From an uncultured Veillonella sp. (GTDB taxonomy: Bacteria; Bacillota; Negativicutes; Veillonellales; Veillonellaceae): a DNA stretch of 64,000 bases. This document shows, one piece after another, positions 1-11,323 of this stretch (position 1 is its first letter; each line of letters starts with the position of its first letter). The notes under the pieces are model-generated. The model ran no database searches. It was given only the letters and a program-made list of their open reading frames with translations, and was not told where the DNA came from. The position numbers and the translations under genes are program-made. The DNA is taken from positions 21,468 to 85,467 of the forward strand of contig CAURQH010000008.1 of assembly GCA_963526885.1 (NCBI GenBank), in the 5' to 3' direction.

Positions 1-1200
1 GTGCAAGGGAATGGTAGTAGCATCGCCTTATTGCAAGAAATAGGAATTGAAGATATTGGTATGCTTATTGCTGTAACGGATTCGGATGAAGTTAATATGC
101 TAGCTTGCATGCTTGGTAAAGCGGCAGGTATTCCTAAGACGATTGCTCGAGTTCGAGAAACCGAGTACGAAAATGATACCAATGCACTTATTCGTGAGAG
201 ATTAGGAATAGACCTTTTTATAAATCCAGAAATGGTAACGGCTCAAGAGATTTATAAAATTCTAAAAACGCCAGCTGCATTAGATGTTGAAGAATTTGCT
301 AGCGGAGCCGTGCGGTTAGTAGAATTTAAAATTCGTAATAATCATGATATTATGGGCATTCCTTTACGATCCCTAGAATTGCCGCCCAATGTATTGGTGG
401 TAGGTATTATGCGTGGAGGAGAAATGATTATCCCACATGGTAATAGTACGTTGGAATATATGGATAATGTGTTCTTCCTAGGGGCTACTGAAAGTATTGA
501 TGCCGTAGAGGAATGGTTACATGAAACTACTCGGCCTACACAACGTGTTGTTATTATTGGTGCAGGTCTTATTGGTCGAAATTTAACACTGCTTTTAGAA
601 CGAGATGGGTATGATGTAAAAGTCATTGAAAAAGATATCGAACGCTGTGAACAATTAGCTGCTATGGTAGACCGTTCTATTGTGATTCATGGTGATGGAA
701 CAGATATTGATTTATTAGGGGCAGAAGAAATTAGTGATACGGATGTGATTATTTGTTTAACAGATGATGATAAACTCAATCTATTAGTGGCATTATTAGC
801 GAAACATATGGGGGTACCTAAAGCATTTGTTCGTGTAGGGCGATTAGAATATATTACTTTGATGGAGCAGGTGGGTATTGACGTAGCATTTTCACCGAGA
901 TTATTAACATCGGGACAAATTTTACGGTTAATTCGAGAAGATGAAAATCTCATTAATATTTTTACCTTCGAAGGATCTAAAGCTGAAGCTGTGGAAATAG
1001 AAGTTACAGAAAAAACATCATTGTTAAATAAACATTTAAAAGACTTAAAGTTGCCTGGAAAATCATTAGTGGGAGCTATTGTTAGAGAGCATCAAACCAT
1101 TGTTCCTAAAGGGGATACATTGCTCCTGGAAGGAGATCATATAGTTATCTTTACATTGCCAGAAAATATTAATACTTTATTAGCATATATTAATAAATGA
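1..1200 (+). CDS. trkA: Trk potassium uptake NAD-binding subunit (5'-truncated at window edge)
   Basis: Two RCK domains, GAGLIG motif, adjacent to trkH. Confidence 0.92.
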   Translation: MQGNGSSIALLQEIGIEDIGMLIAVTDSDEVNMLACMLGKAAGIPKTIARVRETEYENDTNALIRERLGIDLFINPEMVTAQEIYKILKTPAALDVEEFASGAVRLVEFKIRNNHDIMGIPLRSLELPPNVLVVGIMRGGEMIIPHGNSTLEYMDNVFFLGATESIDAVEEWLHETTRPTQRVVIIGAGLIGRNLTLLLERDGYDVKVIEKDIERCEQLAAMVDRSIVIHGDGTDIDLLGAEEISDTDVIICLTDDDKLNLLVALLAKHMGVPKAFVRVGRLEYITLMEQVGIDVAFSPRLLTSGQILRLIREDENLINIFTFEGSKAEAVEIEVTEKTSLLNKHLKDLKLPGKSLVGAIVREHQTIVPKGDTLLLEGDHIVIFTLPENINTLLAYINK

Positions 1201-1228
1201 TATAAAAATTTTGAAAGGAGAAGGAATC

Positions 1229-2743
1229 ATGCGCATTCAAAATATTATGCGAGTTGTTGGACAAGTGATGCTTATATTAGCTTCTTTCATTATGGTTCCC
1301 TTTTTCTTTGGTATATTAGATGAAGGGGTTTTTTACTATTCTTTTCTTATTACATCATGTATAGCAGGGGTAGTAGGGTTTCTATTATATTATTATGGTA
1401 CAGATACTAATGTATATAGTGTACGAGATGGATTTCTTGTAGTCAGTGCAACTTGGATATTAGCGTCTATATTTTCGGCGTTGCCCTTTTATTTTAGTGG
1501 AGTGCTTGAGCAATTTGTAGATGCTTTATTTGAGTCTGTGTCAGGTATAACGACTACAGGGGCAAGCATGATTGATGATGTAAGTGCTTTACCAAGAGCC
1601 TTTATTTTGTGGAGGGGGCTTACCAATTGGATTGGTGGTATGGGGATGATTGTCTTAGTGTTAGCATTCTTGCGTAATTTAGGGACTGGAGTAGCTCCTT
1701 TAGTTGAAGCAGAGGCTTCTGTACCAAGACCTGGCTTTGTATTACCAAGAATCCAATCTATGGCAGGGAACTTGCTGAGAATTTATTTGGGATTTACATT
1801 TACTTGTACTTTTCTATTATGGCTAAGTGGGATCGGTTTATTTGAAGCACTTAATTTTACCTTTGCTACGGTAGCTACAGGTGGATTGTCCCCAATTACT
1901 GGCAGTACATTTAAATATGCTGATTCCTATTTGGTTTGTATCATATTAATAGTATTTATGATATTGGCGGGCGGAAATTTTGCAGTCTATCAATCTGTCT
2001 GGCAACGAGGTATTAAAGAGATTTGGCGAGATTTTGAATACAGAATTTATCTCATTACTCTAGCAATTGGATCAAGTTTAGTATTATTTGCACTAATATG
2101 GGAAGCTGGAGATGCTAAAATTGAGCATTTGCGAAATGCGATTTTTACGCTTGTTTCCATACAGACTGGGACTGGATTTGCTATTGCTGACTATAATCTA
2201 TGGCCTAGTTTAGGACAAATGGTCTTGTTTATGGGGATGTTTTTTGGTGGTTGTAGTGGGTCGACTGCTGGGGGACTTAAAATTATTCGGATTATTATCT
2301 TGGTGAAAAGTAGCATTCTCTATCTACGAAAGGCTATCCACCCTGATATGGTACAGCTAGTACGATTAAATGGGTATGTATTGCCTAATAAATGGTTACA
2401 AATTACACAACAGTTCTTTTTTTTGTATATGCTAATTTTTGGCCTTTCCTCGGTGATTATCTCTTCTACAGGGTTACCCTTGGCAGATGTGTTGCCATTA
2501 GTAGCAGGAAGTTTGGGGAATGTAGGTCTTGCATTCGGCTCATTAGGACCTACTGAAAGTTTTACTATATTAGCCCCTATCGCAAAGATAGTTTGTATTA
2601 TTGATATGTTATTAGGGCGGTTAGAGTTGTTTACTTTATTAGTGCTAATACATCCAGGTTTTTGGCGTGGATATTTTACAAAGAAAGAAAAAGGCTATAG
2701 ACGATTCGATGGACATCATAAGAACACCTCAGGGCTTGTATAA
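1229..2743 (+). CDS. trkH: Trk potassium uptake membrane subunit
   Basis: Polytopic; FESVSGITTTG, ATGG and GGCSGSTAGGLKIIR motifs; ATG 1229 after a purine-rich RBS. Confidence 0.92.
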   Translation: MRIQNIMRVVGQVMLILASFIMVPFFFGILDEGVFYYSFLITSCIAGVVGFLLYYYGTDTNVYSVRDGFLVVSATWILASIFSALPFYFSGVLEQFVDALFESVSGITTTGASMIDDVSALPRAFILWRGLTNWIGGMGMIVLVLAFLRNLGTGVAPLVEAEASVPRPGFVLPRIQSMAGNLLRIYLGFTFTCTFLLWLSGIGLFEALNFTFATVATGGLSPITGSTFKYADSYLVCIILIVFMILAGGNFAVYQSVWQRGIKEIWRDFEYRIYLITLAIGSSLVLFALIWEAGDAKIEHLRNAIFTLVSIQTGTGFAIADYNLWPSLGQMVLFMGMFFGGCSGSTAGGLKIIRIIILVKSSILYLRKAIHPDMVQLVRLNGYVLPNKWLQITQQFFFLYMLIFGLSSVIISSTGLPLADVLPLVAGSLGNVGLAFGSLGPTESFTILAPIAKIVCIIDMLLGRLELFTLLVLIHPGFWRGYFTKKEKGYRRFDGHHKNTSGLV

Positions 2744-3311
2744 GACAAATTGCTATATTCTGAAAGAAAACGGATACGCCCTTATTATTGATCCAGGATT
2801 TCATGGTCAACGTATTATAAAAGAATTACAAGACGTGGTGCCGGTAGGTATTGTGTTGACCCATGGTCATGCAGATCATATTTGTGCTGTAGATACGTTG
2901 GTAGAAACCTACCAAATTCCTGTGTACATGCATGCTAAGGATGAGGAACTATTATTGGTAAAACGTCGCATGCCATCAGGGTATAAAGAACGGTTTACGT
3001 CGCCATACATTGCGGTGGAAGAGGGACCTTTACAGATAGGCCCCTTTTCTCTGGACGTATGGGAAGTGCCTGGACATAGTGCAGGTAGTGTATTTGTTGG
3101 ATATAAACACATTTTGTTTACAGGAGATACATTATTTAAGGGCACCGTAGGGAAGGTGAATACCTATAATGGTGATCCAGTGGCTATGAAAGACACATTA
3201 AAACGAATAAAAAGTTTTAATCCATCCTATGTAGTATATCCAGGTCATGGATCGAGCACTACATTAGAGTATGAATTAGCAACTAATCCATATCTAGTAT
3301 CACATGAGTGA
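2709..3311 (+). CDS. MBL-fold metallo-hydrolase (glyoxalase II-like)
   Basis: THGHADH, PGHS, FTGDTLF and YPGHG motifs. Confidence 0.88.
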   Translation: MDIIRTPQGLYKTNCYILKENGYALIIDPGFHGQRIIKELQDVVPVGIVLTHGHADHICAVDTLVETYQIPVYMHAKDEELLLVKRRMPSGYKERFTSPYIAVEEGPLQIGPFSLDVWEVPGHSAGSVFVGYKHILFTGDTLFKGTVGKVNTYNGDPVAMKDTLKRIKSFNPSYVVYPGHGSSTTLEYELATNPYLVSHE

Positions 3312-3415
3312 AAGAAAAAGATATTTAGAAGAATGATATCATGTAGTAGGTTGTACATGCGTTAGACAAGATATCAAAGAAATACAAAATCTTTATAAAA
3401 AAATATAAAAAATAG

Positions 3416-3444
3416 TTGACGAGAAATATGAAATAGGGTATACT
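3416..3444 (+). promoter_or_regulatory. Sigma-A promoter of the tRNA operon
   Basis: TTGACG-17 bp-TATACT just upstream of tRNA-Asp. Confidence 0.8.
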
Positions 3445-3460
3445 AACAAAGTAGTCAATT

Positions 3461-3536
3461 GGCCCCGTGGTGTAGCGGTTAACATGTCGCCCTGTCACGG
3501 CGAAGATCGTCGGTTCAAATCCGATCGGGGTCGCCA
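3461..3536 (+). tRNA. tRNA-Asp(GTC)
   Basis: Cloverleaf, anticodon loop CTGTCAC, T-loop GTTCAAATC, 3' CCA. Confidence 0.96.
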
Positions 3537-3542
3537 CTACTT

Positions 3543-3618
<76 letters not shown>

Positions 3619-3621
3619 TTT

Positions 3622-3696
3622 GCGGAAATAGCTCAGCGGTAGAGCACCGCCTTGCCAAGGCGGGGGTCGCGAGTTCGAATCTCGTTTTCCGCTCCA
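3622..3696 (+). tRNA. tRNA-Gly(GCC)
   Basis: Anticodon loop TTGCCAA, 3' CCA. Confidence 0.96.
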
Positions 3697-3703
3697 CTTT
3701 TTT

Positions 3704-3778
<75 letters not shown>

Positions 3779-3793
3779 CAACATTCCACCCAT

Positions 3794-3882
3794 GCCGGGG
3801 TGGCGGAACAGGCAGACGCAACGGACTTAAAATCCGTCGGTTAGAGATAACCGTACCGGTTCGATTCCGGTCCTCGGCACCA
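3794..3882 (+). tRNA. tRNA-Leu(TAA)
   Basis: Anticodon loop CTTAAAA, long variable arm, 3' CCA. Confidence 0.95.
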
Positions 3883-3884
3883 CT

Positions 3885-3913
3885 TAGACCAACTTCGGTT
3901 GGTCTATTTTTTT
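3885..3913 (+). terminator. Intrinsic terminator of the tRNA operon
   Basis: TAGACCAAC-TTCG-GTTGGTCTA followed by a T-tract. Confidence 0.9.
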
Positions 3914-3970
3914 ATGTCTAAATGGATTATAATGTAAGTATCATACAATGAGTGTGCTTAGGGAGGGACT

Positions 3971-4315
3971 ATGAATACAGTTACTGATGTTGACCGATTA
4001 TATAATGCTATTGAAATTAATAAAAAAACATTTCAGTTTTTTCAAATTAATGTACAGTCCTATGGAATACAAGAAGTCAATAAAGGGAGTACACAGTCGT
4101 TTAATGTCCTTCTTGAAATTATGGATGGTAAGTTTGATTGCAATTTAGATTTTATTGTAAACTGTTATGATGAGTTAGGCACTATAATCTATAGTAACAA
4201 AAGGACAGTTTATATAGACACATATATTGGTTATGATACTCTTAAATTTTGGTGTAATGATACTAACTTAATTGATAGAACGAATAAAATTCGTGTTTTT
4301 GTAACAAAAGAATAA
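3971..4315 (+). CDS. Hypothetical protein (AT-rich)
   Basis: 114-aa ORF, GGGAGG RBS, downstream hairpin 4320-4377. Confidence 0.7.
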   Translation: MNTVTDVDRLYNAIEINKKTFQFFQINVQSYGIQEVNKGSTQSFNVLLEIMDGKFDCNLDFIVNCYDELGTIIYSNKRTVYIDTYIGYDTLKFWCNDTNLIDRTNKIRVFVTKE

Positions 4316-4390
4316 TATAAAATTGCCATATACCGATATGCATATGTATGTCATAGCATAGGGTATATGGCAATTTTTATGTGTATATAC

Positions 4391-5617
4391 TTATTGATGT
4401 TGTGAAATCTCTTCTTCGTAGATAGCTTGTTCTTTCACTGGACGATAATAGATGGCATAGAGTACCAATACGATGACTGGGATGATGGCAGATACGATGT
4501 AGATACCACTGTAGGATAGTAATCCATGCAAGATACCTAATGTATAAGGTCCTACTCCTAAACCAAGATCTAAACCGATGAAATAGGTGGAAAGAGCTAC
4601 CCCAATTTTGGCAGGTTCTACGGCTTTCAAACAAACCGCTTGACCATTAGACATGAAAGTGCCATAGCCTAAGCCGACAAAGGCACCAGCGATGAGTAGT
4701 AACGCTGCATTTGAACTATAAGCGATGAGTAAAAGTCCAATAGTTAAACATACATAGCTAGGGTACATAACAGCATTTTCCCCGCGTTCATCAAAGATAC
4801 GACCTGCAATAGGGCGAGTCACGGTAATCACAAGGGCATAGACAACAAAGAAGAAGGCTCCTGCTGTAATGAGACCGATTTCATGAGTAAAGATAGAAAG
4901 GAATCCTAGTACACTAGAGTAAGCAAGGCCCATAAGGAAACCTAAGAAGGCGATGAAGGAAACACGTGGTTCAATAAAGTTTTTAAGAGACCAAGATTTC
5001 ATGGAGGCTGCTTCTGTAGAGGATAAACTTAAATTTTGTACAGGGAATCGCAAACAAGCGATGGCAACACCTATAGACAATAGGACGGCGAGATAAATAA
5101 TCCAAGTGAAACCTACGGCAGGTAATAAAATCATGCCGATGAAAGGTCCAATAGCGGCGGCTAAGCTAGTGCTAAGACCATAATAGTTGATACCTTCTCC
5201 ATCTTTTGATTTAGGAATGTAAGCAGTGACCACAGCATTGGCAGCGGTGGATACGGTGCCATAGGCAAATCCATTTAAGAAACGGACTGCATCTAAGATT
5301 AGAATGTCTTTGGCAATGAGATAGGCAAGAGTAGTTAGAAAATAAAAGATAGCGCCATAACGAAGTACTTCTTTACGTCCGATGAGCTCTAAGCGCTGTC
5401 CCATGATAAGGCGAGCAAATAAAGTACCTATAATATAAATACCAGTAGCAAAGCCTGCTTCGGCGACTGTAGAATGAAGTTCTTTTGTAGCATAGCTTGC
5501 TGTGATGACCACAAAGCAGTAGTACACTAAAAAGACGATAAAGTTAATGATAGTAATACTGATAAACCCAGAATTAAATAATGTTTCTTCTTGATTTTGT
5601 AACGATTGGGCATTCAT
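4391..5617 (-). CDS. MFS transporter
   Basis: About 12 hydrophobic segments; motif A-like GRIFDERG. Confidence 0.9.
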   Translation of the reverse strand: MNAQSLQNQEETLFNSGFISITIINFIVFLVYYCFVVITASYATKELHSTVAEAGFATGIYIIGTLFARLIMGQRLELIGRKEVLRYGAIFYFLTTLAYLIAKDILILDAVRFLNGFAYGTVSTAANAVVTAYIPKSKDGEGINYYGLSTSLAAAIGPFIGMILLPAVGFTWIIYLAVLLSIGVAIACLRFPVQNLSLSSTEAASMKSWSLKNFIEPRVSFIAFLGFLMGLAYSSVLGFLSIFTHEIGLITAGAFFFVVYALVITVTRPIAGRIFDERGENAVMYPSYVCLTIGLLLIAYSSNAALLLIAGAFVGLGYGTFMSNGQAVCLKAVEPAKIGVALSTYFIGLDLGLGVGPYTLGILHGLLSYSGIYIVSAIIPVIVLVLYAIYYRPVKEQAIYEEEISQHQ

Positions 5618-6088
5618 GGATAACTCCTCCTTTTGTAATACGTTCTATAGAATATACCTAATTGTGAACCTTGTAAAGGTTATATAAATATTTTCTATAG
5701 AAATTTACTAAGTTAACAATATAATGAAAGATAATTATTGGAAATCATGGGCGACCAAGCCACATATAGACGTATTATGTCAATTTATCAGCCAATTATA
5801 TATAGGAAGATAGTCTATGAAGAAGGTATAAAAAATTTTTAGAGTGTACATATCCATATTGTGAGAATTTAGCTAGATACGGAATAACTGTTAATTGAAA
5901 ACATAGTACAGTATAATTCGGCGTATCACTATTCTTTTAAATTTGATATTTATTTTATATGAGTGTCATAGAATGTATTGCTACTTTCAGAGAAACTGAC
6001 TATAATAAAAAGACAAGCATTGAGAATAGATGTACAATGCGATAGTTTATCAGATATAGATGTGAATCATAAGAAAGGAGTCTCCCTT

Positions 6089-6598
6089 ATGACAGTACAA
6101 TTAGACACATTGGATCATCGTTTATTACGTTTATTAGATGAGGACGCCTCCATGTCGGTTGCGGATCTAGCCATTATGCTTAACAGTGAAGAAGCGCATG
6201 TGGCAAGTCGTATTCAAGCCTTCGAGGAGTCTGGTATTATTAAACGGTACCAAGCAGTCATTGATTGGGAACAAGTAGACCAAAATAAATCTACTGCTCT
6301 TATCCAATTAGGTGTGACTCCAGCTCCAGATCAAGGCTTTGATAAAGTGGCAGAACGAATTATGGAATTTCCAGAAGTACAAGGTGTATACCTTATGTCT
6401 GGTAGCTATGACTTAACGGTTATCGTGGAAGGGGCTAGCATGCGTGATATCGCTTTATTTGTATCTCGTCGTCTATCTACATTAGATTCTGTGTTGTCCA
6501 CTACAACAAACTTTATCTTAACACGTTATAAAGATAACAATATTGTATTCCACACGGGTGGAGTTCGTGAAGATCGGAGAAATGTATTCGATGATTAA
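6089..6598 (+). CDS. Lrp/AsnC family transcriptional regulator
   Basis: N-terminal HTH, MSGSYDL RAM domain; ATG 6089 after AAGGAG. Confidence 0.9.
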   Translation: MTVQLDTLDHRLLRLLDEDASMSVADLAIMLNSEEAHVASRIQAFEESGIIKRYQAVIDWEQVDQNKSTALIQLGVTPAPDQGFDKVAERIMEFPEVQGVYLMSGSYDLTVIVEGASMRDIALFVSRRLSTLDSVLSTTTNFILTRYKDNNIVFHTGGVREDRRNVFDD

Positions 6599-7778
6599 TT
6601 ATGACAACTATTTAAATTCTGAAATTAAAGCTGTGAAACCATCGGGGATTCGTCGTTTTTTTGAAATTGCTAACGAATTAGATAATGTTATCTCCCTTAG
6701 TATTGGTGAACCAGATTTTGCTACGCCCTATCATATACGTGAAGAAGGGATTAACACATTAGAAAAGGGGAAAACCTGGTATTCTCCTAATCGTGGTTTT
6801 ATGGAATTACGGGAAGAAATTTCTAACTGGTTAGAACGAAAGTATCATGTGTCTTATGACCCAACTACGGAAGTGATTGTGACCGTAGGTGGCTCAGAGG
6901 CCATTGACTTAACCTGTCGTACCTTACTCAATCCAGGGGATGAAGTGTTGATTCCTGTGCCGAGCTTTGTGTGCTATACGCCATTAGCAGAATTGTGTAA
7001 TGCAAAGCCAGTGCAGATTATTACGAAAGAAGAAGATGAGTTTCGTTTGACTCCAGAGGCGATTGAAGCGGCTGTGACAGAAAAGACGAAGCTGTTAGTA
7101 TTACCATTCCCTAATAATCCAACAGGGGCGGTATTACGCCGTGAGCACTTGGAAGCGATTGCAGAAGTGGTTATCAAGCATGATTTGTTCATTCTATCCG
7201 ATGAGTTATACAGTGAACTTACCTATGGTGATGAACCACATGTATCCATTGTATCTATACCAGGTATGCAAGAGCGAACAATCTTAATTAATGGATTTTC
7301 CAAAGCCTATGCCATGACGGGTTGGCGCCTTGGGTTTGCCACAGGTCCAGCACCGATTATTGCGCAGATGACGAAGATGCATCAATATGGTATTATGAGT
7401 GCGCCGTCTATGTCTCAATATGCAGCTATCGAGGCCTTAAAAAACGGAGATAAAGATATTCAATACATGCGTGAAGAATACGATATGCGTCGTCGCTTGT
7501 TGGTGAGCGCTTTCAATCGTATGGGACTTCATACATTTGAGCCAGAAGGGGCATTTTATGTATTCCCGTCCATTAAGAGCACAGGCATGACATCGGAAGA
7601 GTTTTGTGAAAAACTACTCTATGATCAACGGATTGCCGTTGTTCCTGGTAATGCCTTTGGCGACTGTGGAGAAGGCTTTGTACGTGTAGCTTATTCTAAC
7701 TCTTTGCAGAATATTAAAGAAGCGGTAAAACGAATCGAAATATTCTTGGGAAAAATTAAAAATAAAGAAATTGAGTAA
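6591..7778 (+). CDS. Class I/II PLP-dependent aminotransferase (AlaT/YugH-like)
   Basis: GEPDF, PNNPTG, SDELY, SKAYAMTGWRLG motifs; start could also be 6582. Confidence 0.92.
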   Translation: MINYDNYLNSEIKAVKPSGIRRFFEIANELDNVISLSIGEPDFATPYHIREEGINTLEKGKTWYSPNRGFMELREEISNWLERKYHVSYDPTTEVIVTVGGSEAIDLTCRTLLNPGDEVLIPVPSFVCYTPLAELCNAKPVQIITKEEDEFRLTPEAIEAAVTEKTKLLVLPFPNNPTGAVLRREHLEAIAEVVIKHDLFILSDELYSELTYGDEPHVSIVSIPGMQERTILINGFSKAYAMTGWRLGFATGPAPIIAQMTKMHQYGIMSAPSMSQYAAIEALKNGDKDIQYMREEYDMRRRLLVSAFNRMGLHTFEPEGAFYVFPSIKSTGMTSEEFCEKLLYDQRIAVVPGNAFGDCGEGFVRVAYSNSLQNIKEAVKRIEIFLGKIKNKEIE

Positions 7779-7781
7779 TCA

Positions 7782-7824
7782 AAAAAACAGACATGGTTTT
7801 GTAATAAAACTGTGTCTGTTTTTT
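7782..7824 (+). terminator. Bidirectional intrinsic terminator
   Basis: AAAAAACAGACATGGTTTT...AAAACTGTGTCTGTTTTTT. Confidence 0.8.
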
Positions 7825-8049
7825 GCGTTTATACAATACATAGGTCCGTCGGCGAATTGTATAGTGGTATTTGAAAAGAATAGGTATAAGAATAGGTATA
7901 AGAATACAATGGGCTGTAACAAAATAGCCTACCAATACAATAGAGGAAAGTTGAACAAACAGCATCAACTTTCCTTTACTTTTATATTTCTAATAAGTGG
8001 GGCTGTAGCAACATGTAAAAATGTATATGTTGTTACAGTCTTCAATATC

Positions 8050-9744
8050 CTATTGGTTCTTATACTTGAAAGCTAAAATAGCTTGGATTAATGCATCTAA
8101 TGTCATCTCACCACGTTCTGCTACCATGGATAAAGTAGCTTTGTGTTTCATTAATTTAGCGAGTGGAGAATTTAGCATTTTAAAGTTTGGATTGATATGA
8201 ATCATATGATCTTTTAGACCAGGGATTATATCAAATAGAGGGAATAGTTTGGTATCTCCTGTTAAACCTAGATCATTTTCATAGACAGTAGGTTGTGGTG
8301 TGCTTTCTGGCACCGTACCTTGTTTAGTTGAGTTAGTTGTACTATCCTCTTGGCGTACATGTTTGTAATCGATGTGGTCTACGGCATGGTACGCAGAATT
8401 AGAACCTTCCCAAATAAGTTCTTTCCGAGAACCGCTTAAGCTACGAATATGCGTGCAATCTTGAACCATTTCTAAAATACCTTTGAACTGGCCTTGTTCA
8501 TTGCGCACTGCGATGTATTCGATGTGGATGAATAGGTCCGGCTTGTTAATCCACATTTCAGCGTAATCTTGTCTGCCAGCTTTGAAAGAATCGATAATTT
8601 CTTGTACTAAAGGTAGACTTTTCTTTGGATGGCAGTTTTGTACGATGCGACCGATGATATTAGAGCTGCGAGGGAAGATACGGTGCTTTGTATCATTATA
8701 GAAACGAACTAAGTCGTTTTCATCCACGAAAGTAATATCTACAGGTAAGAATTTAAAGATTAATTTAATTTGTTCAATCGTTAAGGCCCCCACAGCTAAG
8801 TCATGCGTTTGTTCAGGGCTTCCGTTAATGCCATACTTGCCCACTAATTGTGCTAATTCTTGTAACAAAGCAGTAGGGTTACCAGTAACACCTAATTGGG
8901 TGTTTTCATGATTTCCCATATCAGCATGATTATGTTGTGTTGTTACATGACCTGCATTGGCAGACACCTCTCCAAGGTTCTTAGGTCCCGCATCAGGACG
9001 GCCTTTATAAAATGGAGGAGGGGCGATAAAAGCAAATCCAATTTCATGATCGCCTTGGCTCATAGTGATGAAGTCACTGTCTTGTAATAACTTCCAAGCT
9101 GTGGGAATCAATACTTCTTTTTCTTTGTTGTTAAGGTCACGGATAATATCGATGACATCCGATTGTTTGGCTAAAAATTCAGATTCTTGTCCTGACTCTA
9201 GTAGTTGTTTGCTTTCAGAAATAGCATCACGAACGGCGTCGTCGAAGGTCCACATGATTTTTGTAGGACGATCGAAACCATAACGCTCTAAAACTGGATA
9301 TAATTGGTTTTGTTTGCGAGCTAAATGGATGCGCCAAGTAGTGAGGGCATCATATACGCCAAGCCAAGGATTGAGGATGAAGTGAGGTGCTTGTAGCAAA
9401 GTTTCCATTTCTGTTAACTGTTGTTCCATAGCGTTGATTTCATTTAGGTACACTGTTAATGGATGATGTTCAGGATATTCATTGTTCGCACGGATTAAAA
9501 TACCATCGAATAATTCTAACAAATCATCCATACGATGGGTGATTTCTTCGTCAGTGTAAGAACCTTTTAATTGTTGTTCACCATAGGCAAATTCATCAGG
9601 CGTACAAGTGCCGATTTTTTCTTTCAATAAGGTACGAGCCGTTTCCAAATCTAAGGTGCCACCGAGAAAGCGGTCTTTAATATCAATCATAACTTCCATT
9701 CTGTCGTTGCCTGTAAGACCAAGGGCCTGTTTCATTGTATCCAT
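8050..9744 (-). CDS. DUF438 / hemerythrin-like / PAS / DUF1858 domain protein
   Basis: HLARKQNQLYP and MWTFDD motifs; PAS-like LPVDITFVDEND...NCHP; C-terminal DUF1858-like segment. Confidence 0.8.
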   Translation of the reverse strand: MDTMKQALGLTGNDRMEVMIDIKDRFLGGTLDLETARTLLKEKIGTCTPDEFAYGEQQLKGSYTDEEITHRMDDLLELFDGILIRANNEYPEHHPLTVYLNEINAMEQQLTEMETLLQAPHFILNPWLGVYDALTTWRIHLARKQNQLYPVLERYGFDRPTKIMWTFDDAVRDAISESKQLLESGQESEFLAKQSDVIDIIRDLNNKEKEVLIPTAWKLLQDSDFITMSQGDHEIGFAFIAPPPFYKGRPDAGPKNLGEVSANAGHVTTQHNHADMGNHENTQLGVTGNPTALLQELAQLVGKYGINGSPEQTHDLAVGALTIEQIKLIFKFLPVDITFVDENDLVRFYNDTKHRIFPRSSNIIGRIVQNCHPKKSLPLVQEIIDSFKAGRQDYAEMWINKPDLFIHIEYIAVRNEQGQFKGILEMVQDCTHIRSLSGSRKELIWEGSNSAYHAVDHIDYKHVRQEDSTTNSTKQGTVPESTPQPTVYENDLGLTGDTKLFPLFDIIPGLKDHMIHINPNFKMLNSPLAKLMKHKATLSMVAERGEMTLDALIQAILAFKYKNQ

Positions 9745-10164
9745 GTGCGTATCCTTTCTGTGTTTACTATTAGTATAATCATTGTTATGGTACCATCATT
9801 TGCAGATATTTTTTTGACTGAAAGCCGCTGAAAGAATGCGGAGATTCTTACAAATGTAGATACCATGGGTCTAGCGTGATAAAACATATGGAGCGTTCTC
9901 TCATAGGAGTTACTCCCTTTGATGCTTTTAGTATACAGTAAATAAAAATAATTTTCAGTTGCTAGGGATACAGAATTGAAAAGTTTTGCAAGAATTGGGA
10001 CAAATCATAGGAACAATATGTTTATGTAAAAGTTATAGACTTTGAGGATACTCTGAAGGCATATGAAAGTTTAGGAAATATTGCAGTATTACATAGAAAA
10101 AGATGAAGAATGATAAAAATATACTAAAACAGCCTATGCGATGAATGCATAGGCTATTTTGTGT

Positions 10165-11040
10165 TTATTTAGTGTAATTGGAGGCTGTATAGATTCCAAG
10201 GGCTGCCCAAATGAAAGAAAAGGAAATCATTTTATTGGTATCGAAGCTTTCACCGAAATAGAAGATGGCGATAAGTAAAGCAATGGTAGGGGATAGATAT
10301 TGCAGGAATCCTAATAGATTGAGTGGTAATAATCGTGCACCATAGGTGAATAGCACGAGCGGTGCTGATGTGGTTAGACCAGAGATCACGAATAATGCAG
10401 CTGTATAGGAATCGTTTTGAAAAGCTGTCCAAGAGCTAGCGTCGACGTACGTTGTGTACGCTAGTGCTAGGGGTGCTACGAGCCAAGCTTCAAAGGCGAT
10501 ACTTGTAAAGGGATGAATCAATAGTTTTTTTTTCACTAGACCATAAAGACCGAAGGTTAAGGCAATGGCGAGTGCTAGATCAGGAGTGCTTCCCATTTGC
10601 AAAGAAATGAAGATGATGCCGATGGTAGCTAAGACCACACTACACCACTGTGGAAATGTTAGCTTTTCTTTGAAAATAAATACTCCTAATACAACGTTGA
10701 GTAAAGGGTTAATATAATACCCAAAGCTAGTATCCATTACACGATTGTTGGAGATGGCCCAAATGTATAATCCCCAATTACTAGATACGAAAATAGAGGC
10801 CAGAATCAATAAACCCAATTGGGATATATTATGTTTTAAATGAATGCAGTCTTTTTTAAATTGTTGGTAATTAAGTCCAATAGCGACAAAGGACATAAAA
10901 AGAGCAGACCATATGATGCGGTGTGCCAGTACACTATAGGCTGATATATGGTGGAGAAGTCCCCAGTAGATGGGTAAAAGTCCCCAAATAAAATAGCAAC
11001 TTAAAGCGGTGATGAGACCTTTTTTATTAGTTTGTTGCAT
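10165..11040 (-). CDS. rarD: EamA-family transporter RarD
   Basis: WGLLPIYW, HRIIWS, GYYINPL, GFLQYLSP signatures; ATG at 11040 after GGAGG. Confidence 0.9.
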   Translation of the reverse strand: MQQTNKKGLITALSCYFIWGLLPIYWGLLHHISAYSVLAHRIIWSALFMSFVAIGLNYQQFKKDCIHLKHNISQLGLLILASIFVSSNWGLYIWAISNNRVMDTSFGYYINPLLNVVLGVFIFKEKLTFPQWCSVVLATIGIIFISLQMGSTPDLALAIALTFGLYGLVKKKLLIHPFTSIAFEAWLVAPLALAYTTYVDASSWTAFQNDSYTAALFVISGLTTSAPLVLFTYGARLLPLNLLGFLQYLSPTIALLIAIFYFGESFDTNKMISFSFIWAALGIYTASNYTK

Positions 11041-11323
11041 AGATACCTCCATTTGAATGATTTTATCTATATATAACTTCATATTAGCAGTTTATATACT
11101 ATTTTACTACAGATTAAACAGAATTTAGAAGTATATCATAGAATGCAGTTAAAAAATTATTCTATGTCAACAAGAATTGTATGGTGCTTTTGTGTATTCG
11201 TATAAGAAAGATATATAGGTTTTCCTAAGAAGAGATAAATTTCTTTCAGAAATAAACTACTAGCCTATCATCTAAAAAAGGTATATACTATGCCATAGTG
11301 TACAATATAAAGGAGGCATTAGA

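Noticed and set aside
7771..8076. 101-aa ORF containing a short AAGAATAGGTAT tandem duplication
   Set aside because: Runs through a terminator, has no RBS, and the repeat has only two full copies; probably intergenic
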